Positions 32,060 to 43,027 of a stretch of 64,000 bases of DNA are shown in pieces; positions within the stretch are counted from its first letter, which is position 1; each line of letters starts with the position of its first letter. This DNA comes from an uncultured Gemmatimonadaceae bacterium (GTDB lineage Bacteria; Gemmatimonadota; Gemmatimonadetes; Gemmatimonadales; Gemmatimonadaceae): contig CAVXGK010000002.1 in assembly GCA_963761305.1 (NCBI GenBank), forward strand, positions 928,001 to 992,000. The letters run 5' to 3'. The notes under the pieces are model-generated. The model was not told the origin of the DNA. It searched no databases and saw only the letters and a program-made list of their open reading frames with translations. Made by a program: the position numbers and the translations under genes.

Positions 32060-32683
32060 ATGACTAACGTCTTCGAACAGATCACCGCGATCAGCACCGC
32101 CATCATCGGTGTCTCGCTCGTCGTGTTGATCATCGTGTTGATCGTGGCTGCGGCGCGCGCCCGCCAGGCCGGCAAGCGCCTCGAGCAGCTGGTGCAACGC
32201 ACGTTCGACGACGTCAAGCCGCTCATCCAGCGATTGCAGGGCACGTTCGACGACTTGCAGCCGGTGATCGAACGCGGGAAGGAGATCTCGCGGGATCTGT
32301 CCGCGGTCACGCATTCGATTCGCGGCGACGTCGAGGCGGTGAGCGATACGGTCGCGTCGGCCAACGACAAGGTGCGGTCCGCGCTCGAAGCCACGGAAGA
32401 GCGGCTTGCCGAGTTCAATGCACTCCTGGACGTAGTCCAGAACGAGGCCGAGGACCTGTTCGTCTCGACGGCGGCCGCGGTTCGCGGGCTCGGCCGTGGC
32501 GCGGCGTCGCTCGGCCGACGGCGTGGGACGGACCTTGCGTCGGACGATGGGGATGGCGCCGCGCCCCGCGGCGCCGCCGAGGAGGAGGAAGGCGATGACG
32601 ACCAGGACGACGACCATGAATCAGCGGCGGAGTCACCCGCACCACGAATACGTTCCCGTGCGCGTCGCCCGCGCGCGTCGTAG
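32060..32683 (+). CDS. DUF948/YtxG-like membrane-anchored coiled-coil protein
   Basis: N-terminal TM helix, then an amphipathic helical region and an acidic tail. Confidence 0.65.
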   Translation: MTNVFEQITAISTAIIGVSLVVLIIVLIVAAARARQAGKRLEQLVQRTFDDVKPLIQRLQGTFDDLQPVIERGKEISRDLSAVTHSIRGDVEAVSDTVASANDKVRSALEATEERLAEFNALLDVVQNEAEDLFVSTAAAVRGLGRGAASLGRRRGTDLASDDGDGAAPRGAAEEEEGDDDQDDDHESAAESPAPRIRSRARRPRAS

Positions 32684-32927
32684 ACGCAACGCCGAAATCG
32701 TCGGCGCCGTCGCCGTCGGCGCGGCGGTGTGCGCCGGCCTCGTCTATTTCCTGACGCAGCGGTCGAATCGCGACAGCGGATCGGTTCGCCCGATGATGCG
32801 CCGGCTGCGACACAACATGGCCGACTATGTCGAGAGCGCGCGGGACGCGATCGACGAAGCGGTGACGTCGGAGCTCAAGGACCTGCGCCGGTCCATCCGG
32901 CGCCAGCGCAGGCGCCTTGGCGTCTAG
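32595..32927 (+). CDS. YtxH-like small membrane protein
   Basis: GGAGGAAGG RBS, hydrophobic GAVAVGAAVCAGLVYFL segment and a helical C-terminus. Overlaps the upstream gene. Confidence 0.5.
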   Translation: MTTRTTTMNQRRSHPHHEYVPVRVARARRRRNAEIVGAVAVGAAVCAGLVYFLTQRSNRDSGSVRPMMRRLRHNMADYVESARDAIDEAVTSELKDLRRSIRRQRRRLGV

Positions 32928-32928
32928 G

Positions 32929-33882
32929 GTGCGCGCGCGCGCCGGACGCCCGCGCCGCGCGCCGCGGGCGCCGTCGTGCCTCTGGCTCGCCGCGCTGTTC
33001 GTGGTGCTGGCGCCCGCCGTCGCCCACGCCTGGACCCCCGGTACCCACGTCTTTCTCGGCGACGCCGTCATTCGATCGCTGCAATTCCTGCCGCCGAGCG
33101 TGGCCGCGCTGTTGAGTGAATTTCCATACGATTTCTTGTACGGCTCGATCGCGGCCGACACGAGCATCGCCAAGAAATACGCGCCGGCCGGCCGCCACTG
33201 TCACTCGTGGACGGTCGGCATGGAGATCTACGAGAGCGCCGCCGAGCCGCAGTTGCGCGCGTTCGGCCTCGGCTACCTCGCGCATCTCGCCGCCGACGCC
33301 GTGGCGCACAACTATTTCGTTCCGCGCCAGCTGGCCGTGACGTCGAGCACGTCGTCGCTCGGGCACTCGTATTGGGAGAGCCGCTTCGAAACGCACCTCG
33401 GCGTCGAGGTCGCTCGCCGCGCCCGCGAGTTGATTCTGATCGACCATTCGCGGTCCGACGGCCTGCTCGACCGCGTCTTGAGTCCGACCATCTTCAGCAC
33501 GTCGACCAACCGGCGAATCTTCCGCGGCATGGTGATCGTCGCCGACAACGAGTCGTGGCAGCGGATCTTCCAACTGCTGCGCGAGAACAGCCGCTGGGAT
33601 CTCGCCGAGGACGACGTGGGGCGCTACCTCGCCCGCGCGTACGACTTCATCATCGACTTGCTGCTCCGCATGGACAGAGCCGAGCCCTTCCAACTCGACC
33701 CGTCCGGGGACGCGGCGCTGCGGATGGCGAAACGGATTCGCCGGCGCGTGCTGCGCGAGTCGGGCGAGGCGCGCCTCTACGACGAAGCGGAGCTGCAGTT
33801 CGGCCTGCCGGCGTCGTCGTTAGCCTACTCGGCGACGCTCGCCGCTCCGCTCTACGAGCCAGTCCGCGCCGCGAGCAGCTGA
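32929..33882 (+). CDS. Zinc-dependent phospholipase C family protein
   Basis: Signal peptide followed by mature N-terminal [28 protein letters not shown] and HSYWE zinc ligands. Confidence 0.85.
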   Translation: MRARAGRPRRAPRAPSCLWLAALFVVLAPAVAHAWTPGTHVFLGDAVIRSLQFLPPSVAALLSEFPYDFLYGSIAADTSIAKKYAPAGRHCHSWTVGMEIYESAAEPQLRAFGLGYLAHLAADAVAHNYFVPRQLAVTSSTSSLGHSYWESRFETHLGVEVARRARELILIDHSRSDGLLDRVLSPTIFSTSTNRRIFRGMVIVADNESWQRIFQLLRENSRWDLAEDDVGRYLARAYDFIIDLLLRMDRAEPFQLDPSGDAALRMAKRIRRRVLRESGEARLYDEAELQFGLPASSLAYSATLAAPLYEPVRAASS

Positions 33883-35312
33883 TTCACGCGCTTGGGGTCG
33901 GCGCTCCCGTTCGATTTCTTCATCACCAACCCCACGAGCACGCCTTGCAGGCGCCGCTCACCACGCAGAAATCGCCCCGCCTCGCCGGGATTCTCGGCCA
34001 GGACATCGTCGATCCAGCGCACGAGTGCGTCGTCGTCGCTGACCTTGAGCAATCCTTCGCGCTCGGCGATGCCGCGGGGCGCGTCGCCGGTCTGGACCAT
34101 GACGCCGAAGATCTGCTTGGCCGCCGTGTGGCTGACCACACCGTCGCGCACGAGCGCGAGCAAGTCGGCGAGCTGCGCCGGCCGAAGGCGAAGCTGCTCG
34201 ATCGAGAGACCGCTCGTCTTGAGCGACGCGAGCACTTCGCCGAGCATCCAATTGGCCGACACCTTCGCATCGCCGCTTCGGGTCGCCAGCTCGTCGAAAT
34301 AGTCGCCGAGCGCCCGCGTCACGGTGAGCACGCCGACGTCGTACTCGGTGAGCGCAGGGTACGAAATTCGAAACCGCTTGACGCGATCGTCGGGCAACTC
34401 GGGGAGCTCTCGACGGATGCTTTCGAGCCGCTCGGCCGGAACGACGAGCGGCGGCAGGTCGGGGTCCGGGAAGTAGCGATAATCGTGGCTCCCTTCCTTG
34501 GATCTCGCGGGCCGCACTTCCTCCATCTCGGCGTCCCAGAGCATCGTCTGCTGCTCGATCCGGCCGCCGGCGTCGAGCATCGCGGCCTGGCGCCGAGATT
34601 CGGCGTCGAGCGCGCGCACCACGGCCGAGAAGGAATTCAGGTTCTTGATCTCGGCCTTGGTGCCGAGCGCGGTTGCTCCGGGGCGGCGAAGGCTGACGTT
34701 GGCGTCGACGCGCAGACTGCCCTCTTCCATGCTCACGTCGCTCACGCCGGCATATTCGAGGATTTGCTTGAGCGTCTTGAGATAAGCTTCCGCCTCGGCG
34801 CCGCTCCGGATGTCCGGCTCGCTCACGATCTCGGCCAGCGGAACGCCGGCGCGATTGAGGTCGACGGCCGTCGCGCCTTGGAATCGATCGTGGATCGACT
34901 TGCCGGCGTCTTCCTCCATGTGGAGCCGGGTGATGCCGATCGATCGCGCTACTTCGCTGGGCGACGCCGGCAGCGCCACACGCCCGTTCGTGGCCAGCGG
35001 GCGATCGAATTGCGAGATCTGGTATCCCTTGGGGAGATCGGGATAGAAGTAATTCTTGCGGGCGAAGATCGACGTCGGGTGCACGGTGCAGCCGAGCGCG
35101 AGCGCGGCGCGGACCGCCAGCTCCACGGCGCGGTCGTTCAGGACCGGGAGCGCGCCCGGCAAGCCGAGGCACACCGGGCAGGTGTGCAGATTGGGCGGCG
35201 CGCCGAAGTCTGTCGAGCACCGGCAGAAGATCTTCGTCGCCGTCTTGAGGTGGACGTGCACCTCGAGCCCGACGACCATCTCGTAACCGAGTTCGCCGAC
35301 CCCCGCGCTCAT
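33852..35312 (-). CDS. gatB: Asp/Glu-tRNA amidotransferase subunit B
   Basis: [35 protein letters not shown] and [10 protein letters not shown]. Confidence 0.97.
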   Translation of the reverse strand: MSAGVGELGYEMVVGLEVHVHLKTATKIFCRCSTDFGAPPNLHTCPVCLGLPGALPVLNDRAVELAVRAALALGCTVHPTSIFARKNYFYPDLPKGYQISQFDRPLATNGRVALPASPSEVARSIGITRLHMEEDAGKSIHDRFQGATAVDLNRAGVPLAEIVSEPDIRSGAEAEAYLKTLKQILEYAGVSDVSMEEGSLRVDANVSLRRPGATALGTKAEIKNLNSFSAVVRALDAESRRQAAMLDAGGRIEQQTMLWDAEMEEVRPARSKEGSHDYRYFPDPDLPPLVVPAERLESIRRELPELPDDRVKRFRISYPALTEYDVGVLTVTRALGDYFDELATRSGDAKVSANWMLGEVLASLKTSGLSIEQLRLRPAQLADLLALVRDGVVSHTAAKQIFGVMVQTGDAPRGIAEREGLLKVSDDDALVRWIDDVLAENPGEAGRFLRGERRLQGVLVGLVMKKSNGSADPKRVNQLLAARTGS

Positions 35313-36776
35313 AGACGCGCCTCGTCGCCCAACGCACGCTCGAGCTCGTACGCAACGCGCAGCATCCGCGACTCGTCGAAGTGGTTGGCGATGAGCTGCC
35401 CACCCACCGGCAGACCCTCGACGCGGCCGATGGGGAGCGACATCGCCGGAACGCCGGCGAGATTCGCCGTGCACGTGAAGATGTCGCTGAGATACATCTC
35501 GTACGGGTCGCTCTTGGCGCCGAGCTTGAACGCCGGCGTCGGCGTCGTGGGGGTGAACAGCACGTGGACACCGGCGTCGAAGACGCGCGTGAAGTCCTGC
35601 GCGATGAGCGCGCGCACCTGCTGCGCCTTGCGATAATACGCGTCGTAGTAGCCCGCGGAGAGTACGTACGTGCCGAGGAGAATGCGCCGCGTGACCTCGG
35701 GCCCGAATCCGCCCGAGCGCGTCGCCTCGTACATCCCGCGCAAGCCGTCGCCGCTCAGCCGCAATCCATACCGAACGCCGTCGAAGCGCGCGAGGTTCGC
35801 CGACGCTTCGGCCGGCGCGACGATGTAGTAAACTGGAATGGCAAGATCCGTATGCGGCAGCGAGACGTCGCGCACCTCGGCGCCGAGCGACCGCAGCCGA
35901 TCGATGGCCGCATCGCACCGTTCGCGCACGCCGCGATCGAGATCGGCCGGGAAGTACTCGCGCGGCCGACCGACGACGAGGCCGTGCAGCGACGCGTTCG
36001 CCCGCTGGCGATAGTCCACGACCGGCCGCGCCGCGCTCGTCGAATCGTTCGGATCGTGCCCGGCGACGGTGTGCAGCGCGACCGCCGCGTCGTCGACGCG
36101 TCGCGCCGAACACGCCGATGTGGTCGAGCGACGACGCGAACGCGACGAGCCCGAATCGGCTCACGCGCCCATAGGTCGGTTTGACGCCGACCACGCCGCA
36201 GAAGGCCGCCGGCTGTCGCACCGACCCTCCGGTTTCCGAGCCGAGCGCGATCGGCACGATGCCTGCCGCCACCGCGGCGGCCGACCCGCCGGAGGATCCG
36301 CCCGGCACGCGGTCCGGCGCCACCGGATTGCGCGTCGGGCCGAACGCGCTGTTCTCCGTCGACGAGCCCATCGCGAACTCGTCCATGTTCGATTTCGCGA
36401 CCACGACCGCGCCCGCCGCGCGCAGCCGCGTCACCGCGGTCGCCTCGAAGGGACTCACGTACCCTTCCAGAATGCGCGAGCCGCACGACGTGGCCAGCGT
36501 GAGCGTGGCGATGTTGTCCTTCACGACGACCGGCACGCCGGCCAACGCGCCGACCGATCCGCCGTCGTCGAGCGCGGCCTGGCATCGCGCGTTGACGCGC
36601 TCGGCGTCGGCGATGGCCGACTCGCGGTCCTCGTGGAGCAGGATGTTCAGCGCGTCGCGTCCAGCGCCGACCGCGCTCGCGCGATCGAGCGAGCGCGAGA
36701 TCGCGTCGACGACGGACAATCCGGCCTGCACCGACTCGCGCAGGGTCGCGGCGGAGACTGGCCTCGGCTCACTCAC
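35309..36776 (-). CDS. gatA: Asp/Glu-tRNA amidotransferase subunit A, interrupted by a single-base frameshift near 36097
   Basis: The N-half ([23 protein letters not shown]) and the C-half ([27 protein letters not shown]) are in different frames. Confidence 0.9.
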
Positions 36777-37078
36777 GCGTCGTCGTCTTCGTGCGTCGAC
36801 AGCCGCGGCACGAGGAAGAACCCGTCGCGCACACTCGGCGCGAACGCGGCGATCGGCCGTTGGAGCGCGACCGGCGGCTCGGCGTCCTCGCGCAGCGGGG
36901 CGCGCTCGACGCCGATGCCGGTGAGCGGCTCGACGTCCGACGTGTCGACGCGCGACAGGACGGCCATGTGCTCGAGGATCGTATTGAGCTCGGACACGAG
37001 GGCGCGGGCGCGATCGTCGGTCACGCCGACGCGCGCAAGCGACGCGATGTGCCGCACGTCGTCGATGGTCACCGCCAC
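36773..37078 (-). CDS. gatC: Asp/Glu-tRNA amidotransferase subunit C
   Basis: [17 protein letters not shown] and FFLVPR. Confidence 0.93.
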   Translation of the reverse strand: MAVTIDDVRHIASLARVGVTDDRARALVSELNTILEHMAVLSRVDTSDVEPLTGIGVERAPLREDAEPPVALQRPIAAFAPSVRDGFFLVPRLSTHEDDDA

Positions 37079-37079
37079 G

Positions 37080-39446
37080 TCACTCGTCTCCGCGTTCGAG
37101 ATTCGCCTGCGCGATCACGAGCGTCTTGCGACCGATCGCCTCGTCGTCGAAATCGATTTTCACCTTGGCGTCGCGCCCCGAGCCGGCGAGCTCGGCGATC
37201 GTGCCCGTGCCGAACTTGCGATGACGCACGCGCGCGCCGACGACGAACACCGCGGCGTCCTGCGACTCGTCTTCGATCGAGCGTCCGCCGCCGAGCGTGA
37301 CCGGCGAGCCGGGCCGACGCGACGCGGCCGACTCGCGAGTGGGTAGGTCGTCATCCCACGACGACGTCGCGCCGCGTGGAAACATGCCCGCCCCGCCCCC
37401 GCCGCCGCCCGAACGGCCATAGCCGCGGCCGGAGCCGATCCGCTCCACGCCGGCGCGCATGAACGAGCGCCCCGAGCTTCGCACTTTGATCGTGCTGCGC
37501 GACTCGAGCATCGTGCTCGGAATGCCGTCGAGAAAGCCGGACGGCCGCGCGCCGAGCAGCTCTCCGTTGCGGCGTCGCTCCTCGGCGTGCGTGAGATACA
37601 GCTTTCGTTCGGCGCGCGTGATGCCGACGTAGAACAAGCGACGCTCTTCCTCGAGCAGCGGCGGGTCTTCGTACGCTTTCGCCAGCGGAAACAGCCCGTC
37701 CTCGAGGCCCGTGATGAACACGACGGGAAACTCGAGACCCTTGGCGTTGTGCAACGTCATGAGCGTCACCGCCTCGGCGTCGGCCGCCAACGCATCGGAG
37801 TCGGCGACGAGGCTCGCGCGCTGCAAGAAATGGTCGAGCGGGCGAAGACCGACCTCGCCTAATTCGTCGGCGACTAGTTCGGCCGCGCCGGTGATCAGCT
37901 CGCGCACGTTGTCCAACCGCTCGGCCGACTCCGGCCCTTCGGCACGCAGATAGTCGCCGTAGCGAATCGCGTCGACGAGCTCGCGGAGCAATTCGTCGAC
38001 CGCCGCTTCCTGTGCGCGTTCGCGCAGGCCGCCGATCAAACGAACGAACTCCGCCAACGCGACGCGCGCGGCGGGCCGCAGCGCCGAAACGATCTCGTCG
38101 CGCTGCGCGCCCATGAGCATCGGCACGCCCGACGCGCGCGACGCCTCGGCGAGCTGCTCGATCGTGGTCTCACCGAGTCCGCGCTTCGGCACGCCGACGG
38201 CGCGGCGGAACGCTTCGTCGTCGGCGGGGTTCGCGATCAGCTTGAGGTACGCCATGAGATCGCGAATCTCGCGGCGGTCGTAGAAGCGAACGGCGCCGAC
38301 GAGCCGATACGGCATCGCTTGGCGCCGCAGCGCTTCCTCGAGCGCGCGGCTCTGCGCGTTCGTGCGGTAGAGCACCGCGACGTCGCCGTATCCCGTGGGG
38401 GCGGAGCCGGAGCGGCGCGCGCCGATCTCGCTCACGACGAAGTCGGCCTCGTCACGCTCGTCGAGCGAGCGCACGAGCGTGATCGGATCGCCGCCGCCGC
38501 GCGTCGCGCGAAGCGTCTTGCCCATGCGCGACGTGTTCGCCTTGATCACGACGTTGGCGAGGTCCAGGATCTGCGGCGTCGAGCGATAGTTCTCCTCGAG
38601 ACGCACGACGGCCGCGCCGGCAAAATCCTTGTTGAAGTCGAGGATGTTGCGAATGTCGGCACCGCGCCAGCCATAGATCGATTGGTCGTCGTCGCCGACG
38701 ACGCACACGTTACCGTGCTGCCCGCCGAGGAGCTTGATCAGCTCGTACTGCGCGCGATTCGTGTCCTGATACTCGTCGACGAGGATGTACTTGAACTGGT
38801 CGCGATATCGCGTGAGCCGCTCGGCGTTTCGCTGGAGCATTCGCACCGGGAGCACGAGCAGGTCGTCGAAGTCCACGGCGTTGGCGAGACGGAGGGCAGC
38901 GGCCATGTCCCTGAACACCGGCGCGACCGCCTTAGAAAACGGATCGAACGCCACGCGCTCGTATTCCGCCGGCTCGACGAGCGCGTTCTTCGCGTCAGAG
39001 ATCGCCGACTGGACGGCGCGGGGCGCGAACTGCTTGGGCGAGATGCCGTGACGCTCCATGAGCCGCTTCACGACGCCGAGCGTGTCGTCCTGGTCGTAGA
39101 TCGTGTAGGTCGGCGTGCGGTCGACGAGGTGCGCCGACGCGCGCAGCATGCGCGCGCCGATCGCGTGGAAGGTGCCCGCCCACATGCCGGCCGGTCCGCT
39201 GCCCAACAGCCGGCCGATGCGGTCGCGCATCTCGCCGGCGGCTTTGTTCGTGAACGTGACGGCGAGGATGTTTCGCGCGTTCACGCCCTCGACGTCGATC
39301 AGCCGCGCGATGCGCGTCGTGAGCACGCGCGTCTTGCCCGAGCCCGCGCCGGCGAGCACGAGCAAGGGACCGTTGACGTGGAGCACAGCCTCGCGCTGCG
39401 CCGGGTTGAGACCCGACGTCAGGCGTTCGTCCAGCATCGTCTGCAT
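37080..39446 (-). CDS. pcrA: ATP-dependent DNA helicase PcrA/UvrD
   Basis: AGAGSGKT, VDEYQD, GDDDQSIY, NYRST, EERRLFYV and a C-terminal Tudor-like domain (VRHRKFGTG). Confidence 0.93.
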   Translation of the reverse strand: MQTMLDERLTSGLNPAQREAVLHVNGPLLVLAGAGSGKTRVLTTRIARLIDVEGVNARNILAVTFTNKAAGEMRDRIGRLLGSGPAGMWAGTFHAIGARMLRASAHLVDRTPTYTIYDQDDTLGVVKRLMERHGISPKQFAPRAVQSAISDAKNALVEPAEYERVAFDPFSKAVAPVFRDMAAALRLANAVDFDDLLVLPVRMLQRNAERLTRYRDQFKYILVDEYQDTNRAQYELIKLLGGQHGNVCVVGDDDQSIYGWRGADIRNILDFNKDFAGAAVVRLEENYRSTPQILDLANVVIKANTSRMGKTLRATRGGGDPITLVRSLDERDEADFVVSEIGARRSGSAPTGYGDVAVLYRTNAQSRALEEALRRQAMPYRLVGAVRFYDRREIRDLMAYLKLIANPADDEAFRRAVGVPKRGLGETTIEQLAEASRASGVPMLMGAQRDEIVSALRPAARVALAEFVRLIGGLRERAQEAAVDELLRELVDAIRYGDYLRAEGPESAERLDNVRELITGAAELVADELGEVGLRPLDHFLQRASLVADSDALAADAEAVTLMTLHNAKGLEFPVVFITGLEDGLFPLAKAYEDPPLLEEERRLFYVGITRAERKLYLTHAEERRRNGELLGARPSGFLDGIPSTMLESRSTIKVRSSGRSFMRAGVERIGSGRGYGRSGGGGGGAGMFPRGATSSWDDDLPTRESAASRRPGSPVTLGGGRSIEDESQDAAVFVVGARVRHRKFGTGTIAELAGSGRDAKVKIDFDDEAIGRKTLVIAQANLERGDE

Positions 39447-40648
39447 CAGTGAAGAATAATCTCGAACGTCGCCCCGGCCCCGGCGCCGGTCGTGCCGGCA
39501 GCGGTTCGCAGGCCGGCGGCGACGGAATCGGGAGGCGCGAGCTGCAGCACGCCGCCGTGGTTCTCTTCGACGATGCGCTTGGCGAGGGAAAGACCGATGC
39601 CCCAGCCACTTTGCTTCGTCGAGAATCCCGGCTCGAACACGCGGGAGCGAAGCTCGCGCGGCACACCCGGGCCGTCGTCGGCCACGCGAATGACGACGCC
39701 CTCCGACCCGCTGTGCGCCGCGGTGAGCCGCACGCGTCCGCCCCGCCCGGCGAGCGCGTCGATCGCGTTCTTCGTCAGGACCTCGATGGCCCACTCGAGC
39801 AGGACCGCGTCGCCTTTCACCTTCGGCAGCCCCGGCTCTTCGTCGTGCTCCACGACGATGGTGTTGGCGAGCGTCGGAACGCGCGCCTGGAAGTAGCGCG
39901 CGACGCGCCCGACAAGCGCGCCGGCGTCCACGTCATCGAACTTGGGATCGCGGCCGATGCGCTCGAACCGGTGCGCCACGCGGTCGAGGCGATCGAGGTC
40001 GGCGCGCATGTGCCGCGCGGCCGCGGCCGACGATTCGTCGCGCGCGCGTTCTTCCATGAGCTCGATCCAGCCGGCGAGGCTGGAGAGCGGCGTGCCCAGT
40101 TGGTGCGCGGACTCGCGCGCCATGCCGGCCCAGAGGCGCTCGCGCGCCGCGTCGCCGCGCGTCCGCACGATGTAGACCCACGCCAGCAGCAGGATGGCCG
40201 CCATGCTCGCCTGGAGCGCGGGAATGATGCGCAGCCACCGCACGACGGCCGGATCGCCGTAGTAGACTTTTCCAATGAGCGAATCGACGATCGGCGCGTG
40301 CTCGCCCTCGAGCACGGCGACGTACTGCTTGATCCGCGAATCGGAGTCGGCCAGCGTGTGCCGCGAATCGAACGGGAGGTTGGCGTGTCCGGTGACGACG
40401 CCATTCTGGTCGGTGAGGACGAGCGGCACGCCCTGCGCCTGAATGCTCTGCGAGAGGTCGACGAGCGCGGCGTCCATCGAGCCCGGCGCACTGTCGGCGA
40501 ACGCTCGAAACACGCGCGCGTACATCTCCGTCGACCGCCGCGCGTCGGCGCGCAGATCGACGATCACGTGCTGCGTGTACCAGACGTACGACCCCAACAA
40601 TACCAGAAACAGCGTGGCGATCAGCATCTCGGGCTTGCTGCGCCGCAT
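39446..40648 (-). CDS. Membrane sensor histidine kinase
   Basis: Two TM helices, H-box ESAHQLGTPLSSL, N-box KNAIDA, DDGPG, FEPGFSTK and GWGIGL. Confidence 0.92.
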   Translation of the reverse strand: MRRSKPEMLIATLFLVLLGSYVWYTQHVIVDLRADARRSTEMYARVFRAFADSAPGSMDAALVDLSQSIQAQGVPLVLTDQNGVVTGHANLPFDSRHTLADSDSRIKQYVAVLEGEHAPIVDSLIGKVYYGDPAVVRWLRIIPALQASMAAILLLAWVYIVRTRGDAARERLWAGMARESAHQLGTPLSSLAGWIELMEERARDESSAAAARHMRADLDRLDRVAHRFERIGRDPKFDDVDAGALVGRVARYFQARVPTLANTIVVEHDEEPGLPKVKGDAVLLEWAIEVLTKNAIDALAGRGGRVRLTAAHSGSEGVVIRVADDGPGVPRELRSRVFEPGFSTKQSGWGIGLSLAKRIVEENHGGVLQLAPPDSVAAGLRTAAGTTGAGAGATFEIILH

Positions 40649-40662
40649 GCGCGTCGAACCGC

Positions 40663-41937
40663 TTAGCGGAGGGTGTCGACGCCGAGATACCGGCGAAGCG
40701 CGTTCGGAACGGCGACCGTCCCGTCGGCGTTCTGATGATGCTCCAGCAGACAGGCGATCGTTCGTGGAAACGCGAGTCCCGAGCCGTTGAGGGTGTGCAC
40801 GAACCGCGGCTTCTCGCCCTTGGCCGGACGATAGCGGATGTTCGCGCGGCGCGCCTGAAAATCGGTGAACGTGCTGCACGACGACACCTCGAGCCACGCG
40901 CCCACGCCCGGCGCCCAGCATTCGAGATCGTAGGTCATCGCCGAGCTGAACCCGGTGTCGCCCGCGGCGAGCAGTTTCCGGCGATGCGGCAGCTCGAGCC
41001 GCTCGAGCATCGTCTCGGCGTGGCGCGTGAGCAGCTCGAGCTGCTCGGCCGACTGCTCCGGCGACGTGTAACGCACCAGCTCGACCTTGTCGAATTCGTG
41101 CGTGCGCAGAATGCCGCGCGTGTCCTTTCCCGCCGACCCGGCCTCGCGCCGGAAACACTTGCTGTAGGCGACGAAGGCCATCGGCATCGCGTCCGCCTCG
41201 ATGATCTCGTCGCGATAGAGATTCGTAACCGGCACTTCGGCCGTCGGGATCAGGAAGAGATCGTCGCCGCGCGTGGCGTACGCGTCGTCCTCGAACTTGG
41301 GAAGCTGTCCCGTGCCGGTCATCGTCGCGCGGTTGACGAGCAGCGGCGGCCATACCTCTTCGTAGCCGTGCTCCTCGCGATGCACGTCCATGAACATGGC
41401 GATCAACGAGCGGATGAGGCGCGCCCCGAAGCCGCGATAGAACACGAAGCCCGAGCCCGAGACCTTCCCCGCGCGCTCGAGGTCGATCATGCCGAGCGAC
41501 GCACCGATCTCCCAGTGCGGCTTGACCCCATCGCGCGCGCGCGGCGTCCCCCACTCGCGGACGATGACGTTGTTCGCCTCGTCGCCTTCGGGTACCGCGG
41601 AAAGCGTGACGTTCGGGATCTCGAGCAGCGTGCGATCGAGCGCCTGCTGCGTTTCGCCGAGCTCCTGCTCGAGCCGCGTGATCTCGTCGCCGAGCGCCCT
41701 TCCCTGCGCGATCAGCTCGTCGGCGTCTTCTTTGGCGCGCTTGCGACGGGCGACTTCCTGCGAGTTCGCGTTGCGCGCCGCCTTTCGCTCTTCGACCGCC
41801 TGAATCAGCGTGCGGCGGTCACGCTCCAACTGCACGCCGCGGTCGACGAGCGGCGCCAATCCATCGAGCGCGCCGCGGCGGCGGAGCCCATCGCGCAGCA
41901 GATCGACCTGCTCGCGGAGCATCCGTGCGTCGTGCAT
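40663..41937 (-). CDS. serS: Serine--tRNA ligase
   Basis: LIPTAEVP, CFRREAGS, EVSSCS and HTLNGSGLA. Confidence 0.97.
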   Translation of the reverse strand: MHDARMLREQVDLLRDGLRRRGALDGLAPLVDRGVQLERDRRTLIQAVEERKAARNANSQEVARRKRAKEDADELIAQGRALGDEITRLEQELGETQQALDRTLLEIPNVTLSAVPEGDEANNVIVREWGTPRARDGVKPHWEIGASLGMIDLERAGKVSGSGFVFYRGFGARLIRSLIAMFMDVHREEHGYEEVWPPLLVNRATMTGTGQLPKFEDDAYATRGDDLFLIPTAEVPVTNLYRDEIIEADAMPMAFVAYSKCFRREAGSAGKDTRGILRTHEFDKVELVRYTSPEQSAEQLELLTRHAETMLERLELPHRRKLLAAGDTGFSSAMTYDLECWAPGVGAWLEVSSCSTFTDFQARRANIRYRPAKGEKPRFVHTLNGSGLAFPRTIACLLEHHQNADGTVAVPNALRRYLGVDTLR

Positions 41938-41940
41938 GCG

Positions 41941-42537
41941 CTAGTTCTTGGGAATGCCGTCGGCAAACGACACGAAGCCGCAGTTGGGATCGACCGTGAA
42001 CGTGATGTTCATCGACCGCGCCACCGGATCGACCGAGGTCACGACGATCTTGGCATAGAGGTTCTGACCCGAGATCGCGAGCCCGCACGTCGTGACGTCG
42101 TTCGACTGCGCGAGGATCGTGACGCCCGCGGCGCCGACGAGGGCGGTATCGGCGCGATAGCCCGTTTTCGGCGCGCTGACCAAATTGTCGAACGTCACCT
42201 GCGACACTTGCAGCCCGACCGAATGCGTCGTCGCCAATCCGGACGCGACGGTCTTGAGCGGCAAGAACACGACGTGCCCCGCGCTGTCGATGTCGAACGC
42301 CACGTCGAACGCGAAGCTCGAATTCGCAGGTACCAGCGTGCCCGCGGCAATCTGCAGCGCGGTCGGCGCGCCGAGCGGCGCGCCGTTGATCGCGTACACG
42401 ACACCGCTGTCGGTCAGCGTCGGCAGCGAAGCCGGCGTGGTGAGGAGGTCGCCGCAGGACGCGGCGGAGATGGCGGCAACGAAGGCGGCCAGCGTAAAAA
42501 TCGGCGCCGGAATCGGCGAAAAACGTCGAGTTGTCAT
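41941..42537 (-). CDS. Hypothetical lipoprotein
   Basis: GGAG-like RBS, signal peptide with lipobox AASC, and a beta-rich domain with two further Cys. Confidence 0.65.
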   Translation of the reverse strand: MTTRRFSPIPAPIFTLAAFVAAISAASCGDLLTTPASLPTLTDSGVVYAINGAPLGAPTALQIAAGTLVPANSSFAFDVAFDIDSAGHVVFLPLKTVASGLATTHSVGLQVSQVTFDNLVSAPKTGYRADTALVGAAGVTILAQSNDVTTCGLAISGQNLYAKIVVTSVDPVARSMNITFTVDPNCGFVSFADGIPKN

Positions 42538-42595
42538 CGGGGAGTCACGCGAAGAATACGGACGGGTTGAGAATTCTTCAAGCGATTGGCGCCGC

Positions 42596-42624
42596 TTGAC
42601 TTCGACCACTTCGATCTCTAGCTT
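42596..42624 (+). promoter_or_regulatory. Putative sigma70 promoter of the roadblock operon
   Basis: TTGACT-17 bp-TAGCTT. Confidence 0.6.
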
Positions 42625-42658
42625 CGCCACCACTTCGGGGGGAAGCGCGAACGAGGGA

Positions 42659-43012
42659 ATGCCGAGCATCCGTGATCTGGTCGCCGCCATTCGGCAGCGC
42701 GAGGGAGTCGACGCCGCGGTCGTACTCGGACGCGACGGCTTGTTGATCGACGGCCAACTCACCGAGGGCCTCGACGCCGACGACATCGTTGCTCGGATTC
42801 CCGCCATCCTCGGTCCTGCGGACGAGCTCGGTGCGGCCGCAAACAGCGGCGAACTGGTGACGGCCGTCCTCGAATACCGCCGCGGCATGGCTATTGTCTC
42901 GGTGCTCACCACGGACGCAGTGCTTCTCGTTCTCGCGTCGCCCGGCGCCGCCGTGGGCCAACTGCTCCTCGAGATCCGCCGCAACCGCGAACGCATCGCC
43001 GCCCTCGTCTAA
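42659..43012 (+). CDS. Roadblock/LC7 (MglB/MglC-like) protein
   Basis: 117 aa with GVDAAVVLGRDGLLID and a C-terminal GQLLLEIRR helix. Confidence 0.85.
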   Translation: MPSIRDLVAAIRQREGVDAAVVLGRDGLLIDGQLTEGLDADDIVARIPAILGPADELGAAANSGELVTAVLEYRRGMAIVSVLTTDAVLLVLASPGAAVGQLLLEIRRNRERIAALV

Positions 43013-43027
43013 GCGCAAACAACCGCC

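Noticed and set aside
33207..35636. Long antisense or alternate-frame ORFs (809 aa here; also 45789-48428, 53252-55582, 61140-63251, 40735-42570, 18273-19841)
   Set aside because: They are shadows of well-identified genes in high-GC DNA, with Arg/Ala-rich low-information translations.
33852..36776. 974-aa ORF as a true GatA-GatB fusion
   Set aside because: Its middle is out-of-frame sequence. The genuine GatA C-half is in another frame.
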